Assembly: GCA_964016885.1 (NCBI GenBank)
Contig: OZ024754.1
Location: forward strand, 22,196,001 to 22,260,000
Direction of reading: 5' to 3'
Source: Eledone cirrhosa
Taxonomy: Eukaryota
DNA length: 64,000 nucleotides
Shown here: one piece after another, positions 11,957 through 24,694 of the stretch
How positions within the stretch are numbered: position 1 is the stretch's first letter
How the letters are laid out: each line of letters starts with the position of its first letter
Translations under genes and position numbers: made by a program
Notes under the pieces: generated by a model
The model's database searches: none
Told to the model about the DNA's origin: nothing
Seen by the model: the letters and a program-made list of their open reading frames with translations, nothing else

Positions 11957-13468
11957 GATACATGACATACCCTGAGATGTTAAATTGTTAAGATTTAATC
12001 AAGGTAGTGATTAACCTAAGAGTAAATTTAACATTTATACCCTAATAATGAGAAAATGCGAAAACGTAATAAATTCAATAGAGAATGTGTGAGTAAGAAA
12101 AACGTTGCTTAATGTAACAGTTATAGAGATTTTAAAATGTATGATACTACAATTTATCAGGGAAAGCGGTCAATGAGAGCCGCTGGGATAGGATATATAG
12201 AGAGAGGGAAGATAAGTGGTAATATATGTAGGAGATTTTCCGAAAGTTAAACGGTTAAGTTTGAAAATATTTAATTTATGCTATTTTACGGTGAAGAATC
12301 AAGATTTTAGATTTTTAAAAACAATTGCTGGTTATTTATTAGTTTTGTAAATTCTATAAGTGTTTTAACATTTCTAAACTTCGTAATTTTATGAGGATAA
12401 ATTTTAAAGGATTTAGCTGGCCAACGGAAAGGAAAGTTTACACTGTCGAATATTTTTCTAAATGTAAGCTTTACCGGAGATAATCATTGTCAACATATAT
12501 GGTATGTAAATCTTATGAAGTATTTATTGTTAGAAATATTTAAATAACTATTATGTATATATATATATATTAATGAGCCTGTATATTTTAGGTAAATAAT
12601 AATTAAAATAATAATAGATTTAGGCATGCTAAAGTTAAATATATACCTATATATAACAGGGTGTAAATGCATTGATTATTCATAGTTCAAAATAAATGAT
12701 AATCAATAAATTTAACTAAAAATTATGTATAGAAAGATACATGGAGGTTTATATGGATATATATTAGGTATTATTGATATAAATTAGGTATTATTGATAC
12801 AGTATACTTTAGGTAAATGATAACGGTTATAATTTTATATAATAAAGTTCGAACGTGTTATAGTTAAATACATATATATATATATAAGAAAAGAAGGAAA
12901 GTTTACACTGTTGAATATTTTCCTAAATGTAAACTTTACCGAAGATAATCAATTCTACATATATGGTATGTAAATCTTATGAAGTACTTATTGTTAGAAA
13001 TATTTAATTAACGATTATGTATATAGATATTTATTAATGAGCCAGTATATTTTAGGTAAATGATAACGAAAAAAATATAATAGATTGAGGCATGCTAAAG
13101 TTAAATATATACCTATATATAACAGGGTGTAAATGCATTAATTATTCATAGTTCGAAATAAATAATAATCAAAAACATATGAAAGATTCACAGTTAGAAA
13201 TAAGTTCCATAAAAATGTATGGGTTGGATATTAAACTAAAATTTAAAATTTAGATAGGAAGATAAAGATAGAGAAATAAAGAAATAATGGTATGGATCAA
13301 AGTTAATAATTATAATATTATGTTATGTATATCAATGTTCCTGCATGTTATTGAACAAGTGTCTTTCATTCAAGCGTTATTTCTTCTATAGATAGTTATA
13401 AGATAATGCAATATTAAAGGCCATTAATGTTTTTCCCTGTTGATTATATACGTCTGACAACCAAGTTT

Positions 13469-14435
13469 TTAATGGTTAAGTGTTTCTCTCTCTTTTTTTC
13501 TCGTTTTGTGGGAGGCTAAGAATGTGGACGTAGCTTTGTGGAGGCAACTAGAGAATAATTCACTTTTTTTGTTAATTAGGGTCAAATAGTTATTAATAAT
13601 CAACAGGGTCTCCATTGTACAGAGCGCGCAGTTATTTGATATGCTGGAGTTGCGGTAAACTCCACAGTTCCGAAGTTTAGTCCAAAGAATGGAGTATTTT
13701 AAATTCCTCTCTTTTAATGACCATATGAGCTGTGGTAAAGACGTGGATGATTTCCTCTTGGAGTTCGAGAAAGAGCATTTATGGTTCGCAAATCTGGCTT
13801 TAAATGTAGAAGAAGTCGATCCTATGTAGTTGTATGTGTTGTGATCAGTTTTTACGGTGCATTTATAAACCAAGTTACTATCTAGACAATTATTTTGCAA
13901 AGGGCAATCAGTTTTATTTCTACAATTACATTTTGGTTTAGTATCATTTATGTTAACTTATTTATTAAGATCATTATGCTGGTTTTGTTTTATGATTTTA
14001 GAGTTTAATTTGGCAATGTTTTGGGCCATGTTCATAGTTGTAGAATATGAGAATTTAATGGTATGTCTATTAAAAATGGAATGGTATTTATGTTGAGTAG
14101 GAAAAGAGGTGTCCAAAGCGTTAAAGAATAATTTTGCAATTGGTGTTTTGACTGCGACAGAAGCAGGGGGGGGGGGCGAACCATATGACTGATTTAGTTC
14201 TAGTTCTTATCCTAGATTTATTTGGCGTATGGGTGTTTGAATTATAATTATTAGAGTTTTTCTTATATATGTTATTATTTTTATTAAGATTAATACTTGG
14301 ATTATTATTATCTACATATTCTATATTATTCATATATCCTGCTCTTTTTAACGCGTTGTTGTAGTATTCAGCGTTTTCATCGAATATAGTTTTATTGGCT
14401 GATATTTTATTGATTAGAGAGAAACACTTAACCAT
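13469..14435 (-). pseudogene. PLE ORF C-terminus with GIY-YIG endonuclease
   Basis: SVIWFAPP, LVYKCTV...YNYIGST...FKARFANH, CALCTME, LINKKSELFSSCLH. Frameshifted. Confidence 0.85.
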
Positions 14436-14507
14436 TAAAACTTGGTTGTCAGATGTATATAATCAACATGGAAAAACATTAATGGCCCTTACTATTGCAT
14501 TATCTTA

Positions 14508-15563
14508 ACCGGTGTGGGCCCCGTTCGTGAGGCGAGCCTTCCCACGACTCGTCTCGCTGACCGAGCTGCAGTCCTGGGTCAAGCAGAGACCGAGGAAAAT
14601 GGGCGACTGGCACATCGAATGTGCTCAGGCGCTCACAGCCCTCTGGCAGGCGGACCCGGCGATCAGTGGAGACTCCACTTCGTCATTCTATAGAGGGTTG
14701 GTCCGCAGCAAGTGCGACGACGCGCTCGGTGAAACTCTAGGCGTGGAGGAAGATGAACTGGCCAGTCTGTTCGGTAGGACCTTCCGCCCGGGACCGATGG
14801 ACAACTTCCAAAAGTCCCTGGCCTGGCAGTGCTACCGAGGAGCTCTACCAGTTCGAGACAAGCTCTACAGACATGGGCGCCCGGGCAGGGACCCTGCAAA
14901 AAAGATCTGTCCGAGGTGCGTGCGAGACGAAGAAACCGTCGCGCACGCATTCATACACTGCCCGGGCGTCACTGACCTGTGGGGCTATGTGGAACGACTA
15001 TTGTCGCGGGTGGGACCAATCCAGTTGACCACCGAGTCCATTGTCATGATCAAACCGCCACCCTCCTTCAAAAACGAAGGAGAGGCGGTTTTCCTTTGTG
15101 TGATAGCTATGGCGAAAGAGGTTGTATGGTGGACAAGGTTGAAAGGGCTGAGGTCAGACACCTTTCTCTCCGGCCAACAACTGATTCTTTTTTTCAAATA
15201 CCACTTTGGAAGAAGAATCAGGATGGAGAGAGAGGTGCTGTACCCCAGCAAGTTTTATGAAAGGTGGGTGAAAGTGGCGAGAATGGCCCGAGTGAATGGG
15301 CCTTCTCTCTATATCAGCCTGTAGGTTGAGGAAAAGGAGGAGGAGAGGAAGGGAGTACAAGCTCTTCGTACTCCTGGAGATGAGGGTTGCACATTTTTTT
15401 CGGGGGTCTGTGTTACCCATATAAACTGTCTCCCTCTATTGGGGAAAATCGACTAACTTTTAAATTCCATCTGTGATAACATTTTACACGTTTTTATTGT
15501 ATGTAAACTTCCCCCTTTGTATTTGTCCCCTTCTTTTGTGCCCCTGTGGCTAATAAAGAAATA
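14508..15563 (+). mobile_element. 5'-truncated Tx1/L1-clade LINE with 7-bp TSD
   Basis: ORF 14512-15324 has a zf-RVT CCHC motif (CPRC...ETVAHAFIHC) and AATAAA at its 3' end. TSD TATCTTA at 14501-14507 and 15564-15570. GC-rich relative to its flanks. Confidence 0.85.
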
Positions 15564-17014
15564 TATCTTATAACTATCTATAGAAGAAATAACGCTTGAA
15601 TGAAAGACGCTTGTTCAATAACATGCCGGAACATTGATATACATAACATAATATTATAATTATTAACTTTGATCCATACCATTATTTCTTTATTTCTCTA
15701 TCTTTATCTTCCTATCTAAGTTTTAAATTTTAGTTTAATATCCAACCCATACATTTTTATGGAACTTATTTCTAACTGTGAATCTTTCATGTGTTTTTGA
15801 TTATTATTTATTTCGAACTATGAATAATTAATGCATTTACACCCTGTTATATATAGGTATATATTTAACTTTAGCATGCCTCAATCTATTATATTTCTTT
15901 CGTTATCATTTACCTAAAATATACTGGCTCATTAATAAATATCTATATACATAATCGTTAATTAAATATTTCTAACAATAAGTACTTCATAAGATTTACA
16001 TACCATATATGTTGACAATTGATTATCTTCGGTAAAGTTTACATTTAGGAAAATATTCAACAGTGTAAACTTTCCTTGCTTTTCTTATATATATATATAT
16101 GTATTTAACTATAACACGTTCGCACTTTATTATATAAAATTATAACCGTTATCATTTACCTAAAGTATACTGTATCAATGATACCTAATTTATATCAATA
16201 ATACCTAATTTATATCCATATAAACCTCCATATATCATTCTATATATAATTTTTAGTTAAATTTATTGATTATCATTTATTTTGAACTATGAATAATCAA
16301 TGCATTTACACCTTGTTATATATAGGTATATATTTAACTTTAGCATGCCTAAATCTATTATTATTTTAATTATTATTTACCTAAAATATACAGGCTCATT
16401 AATATATATATATATACATAATAGTTATTTAAATATTTCTAACAATAAATACTTCATAAGATTTACATACCATATATGTTGACAATGATTATCTCCGGTA
16501 AAGCTTACATTTAGAAAAATATTCGACAGTGTAAACTTTCCTTTCCGTTGGCCAGCTAAATCCTTTAAAATTTATCCTCATAAAATTACGAAGTTTAGAA
16601 ATGTTAAAACACTTATAGAATTTACAAAACTAATAAATAACCAGCAATTGTTTTTAAAAATCTAAAATCTTGATTCTTCACCGTAAAATAGCATAAATTA
16701 AATATTTTCAAACTTAACCGTTTAACTTTCGGAAAATCTCCTACATATATTACCACTTATCTTCCCTCTCTCTATATATCCTATCCCAGCGGCTCTCATT
16801 GACCGCTTTCCCTGATAAATTGTAGTATCATACATTTTAAAATCTCTATAACTGTTACATTAAGCAACGTTTTTCTTACTCACACATTCTCTATTGAATT
16901 TATTACGTTTTCGCATTTTCTCATTATTAGGGTTATATGTTAAATTTACTCTTAGGTTAATCACTACCTTGATTAAATCTTAACCATTTAACATCTCAGG
17001 GTATGTCATGTATC

Positions 17015-17077
17015 ATTATATTTTGACTGATGAGGACGTACTGTTGTACATCCGAAATATGTATAATAAAATGTAAT
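17015..17077 (+). ncRNA. Type I hammerhead ribozyme (inverted PLE arm)
   Basis: CTGATGA at 17027, stem II GGACGTAC/GTACATCC, GAAA at 17054, then TATGTA-TA. Confidence 0.75.
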
Positions 17078-17230
17078 CGATCAAAAGAACATCTATTTTA
17101 TTAATATTTGTATTTTAATATTAATAACTCTGGAAAATTATTTTTCATAGAGTGCTTCCAATCTACTGTAAAACTCATTCTTTGATATACTCATTGAATC
17201 TTGTTTAATACTTAAATATATATATATATA

Positions 17231-17575
17231 TACCCGTTCCGCGATGGCAAACCCCTCGTCTGGGATGCCACTTGCACCAACACTTTCTGCAGCCACAACC
17301 TGGTTCAGTCTGCGACTGGCCCAGGTTCTGCTGCACGTCGGACTGAGGGGGCCAAACTCCTCAAATACCGGTCGCTCTCCGACAGGTTTGCGGTCGTACC
17401 CCTGGCAGTGGAGACTTCTGGTGTCCTCGGCCCCAGGGCTACCTCCTTACTCACCACCATCGGCGCTGAGCTGGCCAGCCGCAGGTGTGAGCCCGCGAGT
17501 TGGAGTGGCTTTTCCAGCGCGTCTCCCTTGCCTTCTCCATTCTGTCCGCGGCGGCTGTGGGTGGGCCCCATCGAG
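17231..17575 (+). mobile_element. CRE-like non-LTR retrotransposon 3' fragment (restriction-like endonuclease)
   Basis: Frame from 17231 reads YPFRDGKPLVWDATC...AARRTEGAKLLKY...VPLAVETSGVLG, a PD..D..K-type RLE motif. Confidence 0.75.
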
Positions 17576-17985
17576 TATTATTTTTGTAAATATGACCGAA
17601 AGTATTGAAATTTGAATCTTTTTAAAAGTAAATCTTGGATATATACACATGGGATAGACAGAAACGTATTAATAAACTAGTCTGCAAGCATGTAGATACG
17701 CAAATACAAGGGGGGAATAAAATAAGATAAAATCAAATAAAATAAAAATATAGATAAGCGGTCGGAGAAAATGATACAAAAACGTCACACACATAAAAAT
17801 AAACTTATACATAAATACAATCACATACGTAAAACTATATATAGATACATGTGTGTGTGTGTCCAGTGAAAGTATAAACATGCAAAAATACACACACAAG
17901 TATACAAACGAACACACACAGATACATATATATACACACAAATACATATATACACACACACACGTATATAAATATGTATATATAT

Positions 17986-18085
17986 AATTGTTTCTGCTTT
18001 TGGCACAAGGCCAGCAAATTACCCAGTGTATTACTGGTACTTTATTTTATCGACCCCGTAAGGATGAAAGGCAAAGTTAACCTCA
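17986..18085 (-). mobile_element. SINE 3' fragment (Meta/MESC-like domain)
   Basis: Reverse complement of the 3' half of the SINE at 27409-27620. Confidence 0.75.
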
Positions 18086-18121
18086 TAATCAAAACCGTAG
18101 CGGTATGTCATATATCAAATC

Positions 18122-18190
18122 ATATAATTTGTCTGATGAAAACGAACTTAAACACCATAGTACCTTTGAAATATGTATAATAAAGTATAT
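18122..18190 (+). ncRNA. Degenerate hammerhead, short-repeat family C
   Basis: CTGATGA at 18133 ... GAAA-TATGTA-TA-ATAAAG. Stem II is decayed. Confidence 0.45.
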
Positions 18191-18234
18191 ATTTTGATTA
18201 TGTGAATATTTTTCATTTGTTAACATTTTGAATA

Positions 18235-18302
<68 letters not shown>

Positions 18303-18446
18303 AGGAGTTGACGGACCCACCATATTTATCAATGCCAAGACCGGTTGTATCTCAGAGCACTCAATGGGCAATGTAAGATACATTCCCAGAGTATACACAT
18401 AGTTATTCGTTTCGATACGACACACGTAAAACGGGTGCCTATAATA

Positions 18447-18563
18447 GTTACCGGACTCGAGTTTCGGCCACACTTAATGCAGCAGTAAGGTGCACTGCAC
18501 CCTCCGTCTGCATATATTATGCAACAATGCATAATCGGCGTATGTGGCTTCATCAGCGGGTTT
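18447..18563 (-). ncRNA. Hammerhead with 84-nt expanded stem II
   Basis: CCG-CTGATGA-aGCCACA...TGTGGCc-GAAA-CTCGAG-TC-CGG. Internal hairpins ATTATGCA/TGCATAAT and TGCAG/CTGCA. Confidence 0.7.
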
Positions 18564-19259
18564 CGCCTAATCAATAACCAATCGATCGACAGAATCCAAA
18601 CCCCAGCCCATGCCGGCCATGACTGTTTATGACAGCCGACACGGTAAAGCGATTAGCAACTGGAATCCGATACAACTCTGTCCCTCGAGTAGCCTCCGAT
18701 TTACAAATTTTACGTGGTGGCGGGAGAATAGAAAACAAATCTTTTCGTCCCCGTCAAAAGCCCTGAGCCAACGTGTCTCACACACAAATTAATAAGAGAT
18801 GAAAAGATGGTTATTAGAAATAGCAGTCTCACATCGATGTATAATAGAATGGTAGCATTCGACTCATGTCTCCAAGTCTCATGGCTAGAGGAAAGCGATA
18901 GTAACAATGGTAGTGCCAAGAACCTTTAACGGACTTTAAATGCGAGTATCTATTATACAGCGATATGGAGTAGCGAGATGGATTGCGGCAGCCACGTGCG
19001 TTAACAAGTCTATTTCACAACTTAAGAGTGAGAGATAAAATTAATAGCAGGAATTAGAGCGCATATCAAATCAAAATCACAATAAAAAAAGTGAAAAATT
19101 GTTTAACTTACTCTCATTAGTCTGGTAGTTGGGAGATAATAATAATGAGTTGACGGACTCAGCATATTTATCAATGCCAGGACCGGTTGTATCTCAGTGT
19201 ACTCAAAAGGCAATGTAACATACAATCCCAGAGTATACACATAGTTATTCGCTTCAATA

Positions 19260-21862
19260 TATATAAAATAGAAAATGAGTTTTTTTTACATAATGAAAAA
19301 AAACGAGATGTCCTACACGAGTGAAAGTATAAGGAAAAAAGATGAAATCGAAAATGCAACTGGAGTCTTTTTAAAAATATTTATTTGGTTCCTTTACCGG
19401 TTTCGCAGTTTTTGTGCTTTTCAAAAGTAGAATTGAGATGGAGGGTTTGTGGTTTTTCTCGCATCTGGTTGGTGTTCGAATGTTACTTCTGTTTTATATG
19501 GAAAAAAGTGGCTCGAAATAAATGCTAGGTTTTTAGAAAAGTAATTTGGTTGGTTGATGACTGTCATGTGAATAAGTATAATAAATTTTGCGCCAGTTCG
19601 CGTTAGAAAGTTCTTATTATATTTGCTTTTTTTTTTTAAAGGGGGAGGGGGGGGGGTCTCATTGTTTTTTCATATATGAGTGAAATTTGGTTGGTTGATG
19701 CAGTCACGTGAATAAGCACATCAACTTTCGCGCCAGTTTGTGTTTGAATTTCTTTTTGCTTACAAAAAGTGGCTCAAGAAGGTTTTATTTTTATAAATGT
19801 AATTTGATTGGTTATAAATGAAATTATGACTGTCACGTGGGTACAAAAAACGCTCCAACTTATGCTAACTTAGTCATGGCATACATGGAAGTCCAGATAT
19901 ATGAACACTCCAAATCGAAAATACGGATTGAACTTCCACAAATATTTATCAGAGAATTGGAAACGTTACTTGGATGATTGCCTTATTCTTTGGTATCACA
20001 CACTCGACCAACTAAATGATTTCAAAAATTTAATTAACGGCATCAATAACCACATCCAATTCACAATGGAATACAGCTAAGATCAACTCCCATTTCTGGA
20101 CATCTTAATCATAAAAAAGACACAAATATTGAAACCAACAGATTCCAAACAATATCTGATATTCACCTCCAACATCCAAAGCACACGAAGACGAACATCC
20201 CTTTTAACCTAGCAAGAAGAATTTTCACAATTGTCTCCAATTATGAAACGCGAAATAAAAGACTTCAAGAATTAAAGGAAATTATGCTCGAAAGACAGTA
20301 CCCAGCATTACTAATAAATAATGGAATAGAAAGGGCTAAAGCAATAGGCATTGATGAATTACGAAAACAGAAACAAATTCAAGGTACGTCCAATATTCTA
20401 TCATATATCTCAACACACAATCCGAGAAATGCGGAAGCTTACAACATTATTCACAAGAACTATTGAAACAAGACCCAAGAATGAAAAACGCCCTTGAAAC
20501 ACAAAATAATCAAAAGCAAAAGACAACCGAAATCACTAAAAACATTACTCACCAATGTCAAATTACCACAAACCCACAACCAACTGTCAAAAAATGTGGC
20601 CGCTCTAATTGTGGAACTTGCACTCACCTCATTGAAGGCAACACGTATACATTTAAATCAGGACAAAATTTTTTTGTAAAAAATCACTTCACTTGTTCAT
20701 CAAAAAATGTATTTTATGCCATTAAATGTAAAGGATACAATGAAGATTACATAGGACAAACTAAACTCACACTCAGAAACAGAATGACAATTCATCGCCA
20801 ACAATTACGAGATCCAACCACGAGACAGATACCACTAAGTGCACATCTAGACATATGCGCAAGTGATTAAGACACCTAAATTCCAAGTCTTCCCATTTTA
20901 TCTTTGCACTGACAATACAACAGACCAAATACTAATAAATAAGGAAAATATGTTTATTCAAAAATATAGACCAGCATTAAATATAGTTTAATATACATTA
21001 TGTTAACACCATAACATGCTATCCAAACAGACATATACATATACATACACACACAGAGAACACCTTCTATATTCGAAAATAAAAACCAGAGCTAAATAAA
21101 CCTTAACATACGTCAATACTCTAACATGCCCCCCTCTCACACACACACACATAACTCCCTCCCCCATTTCTACTAACGGAATCATTTTCCTACACACACA
21201 CACACACACACACAAATATATATATTCTCTCCATCTTAACATGTTAACCATACTCCCACACACACATACACACACACATAACACCCATACATATAACTCC
21301 CTCCCCCATTTCTACTAACAAATTAATTTTCCTACACACACACACACCAGCAGACAAATAAAAATACATATCACTCCTTTTTTTATTTCAATAGAAAGTC
21401 TGAATTTTGACACCTCAGCACATCAGCCATACTCACTGAACCAGAACAATTCTCTCCATCCCTTTTTTCTTGACCATTATCTTTTGTTTGGCACAAAATT
21501 CTCTAAATGGCTACAAAAAAAAATTCACAAATGCGGACTCGAAATTTAATGTACTTATTCACGTGACAGTCTTAACCAATCAAATTACATTTATAAAAAA
21601 AACTTTTTTGGGCCACTTTTTTAAGTGAAAAGAATCTCAAACATGAACTGGCGTGCAAGTTGATATGCTTATTCACGTAACTGCATCAACCAACCAAATT
21701 TCACTCATATATGAAAAACAATCTGAACTCCCCCCCCCCCCCCCCCCATTTTTTTTTAAGGCAAATATAAGAACTTTGTACCGCGAACTGGCGTGAAATT
21801 TATTATACTTATTCACGTGACAGTCTTCAACCAACCAAATTACATTTCTAAAAAAACCTAGA

Positions 21863-21902
<40 letters not shown>

Positions 21903-22110
21903 GTGAGGTTTTTTTTACAAAATGAAAAATAACCGAGGTGTCCTACACGAGTGAAAGTATAAAGAAAAAGAGATGAAATCGAAAATGCAACTGAAGTCTT
22001 ATTTTTTTTTAAAATATATATATTTATTTGGTTCCTTTACCGGTTTCGCAGTTCTTCTGCTTTTCAAAAGGTGAGTTGAGATGGAGGGTCTGTGGTTTTT
22101 CTCACAGCTG
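19260..22110 (+). mobile_element. Penelope-like element remnant with inverted flanking 3'UTR copies
   Basis: Degraded RT (WKRYLDD near 19960, LPFLDI) and GIY-YIG (CGRSNCGTC, YAIKC, YIGQT) at about 19840-20990. 19500-19830 is inverted relative to 21540-21870. Confidence 0.85.
22034..22071 (-). ncRNA. Variant-core hammerhead-like motif (UUGAAAA)
   Basis: CCTT-TTGAAAA-GCAG AAGAA CTGC-GAAA-CCGG-TA-AAGG. Homologs at 19391-19428 and about 42718-42755. Confidence 0.55.
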
Positions 22111-22484
22111 GATTTCTTCCTTGTTGAAAATCCAAGTACCGGCCTCCGTCGTTTACCATTCGATTAATTGGTGAAATATATTTCTTTAATGGAATATATA
22201 CAGGGAAGATTAATCATATTATAAGGTATCTATTTCTGAAGTTCTAGTTAACTTTATTTAGTTACCTACCTAGCTATGTGTGCTTACACACTTGTAAAAA
22301 TTATCCCCTATGATTGTTTCATGTGTTTATTTATATGTTAATCAATTTCTAGTTGTTATAAAATGCTCGGACCTATTCATTAGAATCTTGGAGCTTATTT
22401 TACGGGTGATATGGCGCATGCCTTTCTGGCATGACACCCATAATTTTGATTTAGATTAAATTCATTTTGATTTATCTTAATTTT

Positions 22485-22537
<53 letters not shown>

Positions 22538-22542
<5 letters not shown>

Positions 22543-24185
22543 GTGGTTACACAACAGTTAGTTCACCATACCGAGAACAATTGTTTCACCTTAATGGACA
22601 TGGTTATACGGAACAGGAAGGACAACCGTTCGAACGCGCATGCTAAGTCTTTTTAAAACCGGTCGTGGTCGTGACCACTTTTATGGCTCGATAAGGTCAG
22701 TCCATCGTCGCGGTATATTTAGACATATTACGTGTTGGATTTTTAGATATTTTTAGATATTTAGACATATTACGTGTTAGCTTCCCGGACTTCCACAAAG
22801 GAATATACCGCGACGATGGACTGACCTTATCGAGCCATAAAAGTGGTCACGACCTCGACTAGTTTAAAAAAGATTTAGCTTCCACCTTCAATGAGTTAGG
22901 ACTTAGGATAACAGTAGCTACCAACCACTCTAGCGTAGATTTTTAAGACATTAATTTAGACCTTCGCACACACACCTATAGACCCTTCCATAAGCTAAAC
23001 GAAAACTCAATTACATTCACAAGGACTCATGCCACCCTCCCACTGTTTTTAGAAACTTCGTAAATAATATCAGTATTAGAATTTCAAACCTCTCCTCTAA
23101 TAAGGCTATCTTTGACAGGGCGGCACTCTACTAATACACGGCGTTAGCTAACAGCGGCTTCTCGCAACCTATCACTTACTCTCCCACTAACAACAACAGC
23201 AATAAGAAAAGAAAGCGTAACAATAGACAAACTATCTGGCTCTCTCCTCCCTTCTCACTCAACGTTAAAACCAATGTAGGCAAAAAATGTCTAGCCCTCA
23301 TAGATAGACACTTTCATAAATATCGATCATAAATATCGCTCCATCTTTAACCGACACAAAGTAAAACTAGGATACTCCTGCACTAAGAACATGAAGGCCC
23401 ACATCACCAACAGCCCTAAGAGCAACACCCCACCAGGTTGTTCTTGTCGTAAGCCCGAAGCTTGTCCCTTCAACAGCATGCAACACACCGCTGTAGTTTA
23501 TGAAGCTGTGGTCACTTCCAACAGACCAAATCAACCACAGGAGGTCAAATCCTATGTGGGTATGGCGGAGGGCCGATTTAAGGAACGCTTCCTGAACCAC
23601 CAGTCGACCTTTAGGTACCCGGACAGACGTTCATCCACGAAACTCACGAGCCACGTATGGTTCCTCAAGGACTCAAGTATAAACTACTCCATTCAATGGA
23701 AAGCAATCACTAAGTCCAAACCATACGCAAGGGGCAATCCGTCGTGTGGACTATGTATTGATGAACAAATAAATATTCTAAAGAGATTACGCAATAGTGA
23801 TTGCCTAAACACGAGAAATGAATTCTTCACACGTTGTCCATACGTCTGGAAACACCTCTTACATAACTACAAAGCTCCGGATTGAATTACAACATCATCC
23901 TAATTTTCTTATCAACTAGAAACTTTCGGATTTTCGCAGTTATCACCCTTACAACTCTTGCACGCAATTTAGTATTGCATCTGTGAAGTGATCGTTTCTG
24001 CGCATGTGCGTTCGTACGGTTGTCCTTCCTGTTCCGTATAACCATGTCCATTACGAGCTGAGGATCCATTAAGGCGAAACAATTGTTCTCGGTATGGTGA
24101 ACTAACTGTGTAACCACTTCTACCTAACTCGTCCCATGGACTGAGTGCTCTACCACTACGGATATTACCTTCCAGTGTTCTACCA
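22538..24185 (+). mobile_element. Penelope-like element, 5'-truncated with 5' inversions
   Basis: GIYRDDG RT motif near 22800 and GIY-YIG ORF 23391-23885 (VVYEA..SYVGMAEGRFKERF, CGLC). 22538-22640 is inverted relative to 24000-24122. Confidence 0.85.
24052..24094 (+). ncRNA. Type I hammerhead in PLE 3'UTR
   Basis: TACGAG-CTGAGGA-TCC ATTAA GGC-GAAA-CAATTG-TT-CTCGGTA. Paralog at about 53408-53453. Confidence 0.6.
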
Positions 24186-24389
24186 ATATATATATATATA
24201 TATATATGTGTGTATATATATAGTAATAATAATAAATGTGAAGACTAAAATCCAAAGAGGGCTCGATGAGGATAAATATATATCAAATATATAAGAACCG
24301 TAGAGCAAAAATTTATTAAAATAACAGATTAACGTTTAAGCAAAGAATCGCTGCTTTCAACGTTGTTTTTTCTACGGTTATGTCAACAT

Positions 24390-24487
24390 TTATAAAACAT
24401 ATTTTATATTTTATCTGATGAAAGCGCACCAAAATTGCCTTGGTTGCCCTTGAAATATATATAATAAAATAATTATGGTTTTATAAA
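24390..24487 (+). ncRNA. Type I hammerhead, short-repeat family C
   Basis: Long AT-rich stem I, CTGATGA at 24415, stem II AAG-GCACCAA/TTGGT-TGC-CTT, GAAA-TATATA-TA. Confidence 0.65.
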
Positions 24488-24601
24488 TATAGTTTCCATT
24501 TATTAATATATTGAATATTTACTCCAGTAATCTGTTGAGTGCTTTATATCAGTTATAAAACTTTTAAGCTTGTTGAATCCCAACAAATTAAATATAACTT
24601 C

Positions 24602-24678
<77 letters not shown>

Positions 24679-24694
24679 GTGGGTATGTATATAT

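Larger units (their letters stand above)
11835..17120 (-). mobile_element. 5'-truncated Penelope-like element with a 1.6-kb inverted 3'UTR
   Basis: 11835-13470 is the reverse complement of 14432-14507 plus 15564-17120. The RT-thumb/GIY-YIG ORFs lie between the two arms, and each arm carries an HHR. Confidence 0.85.
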
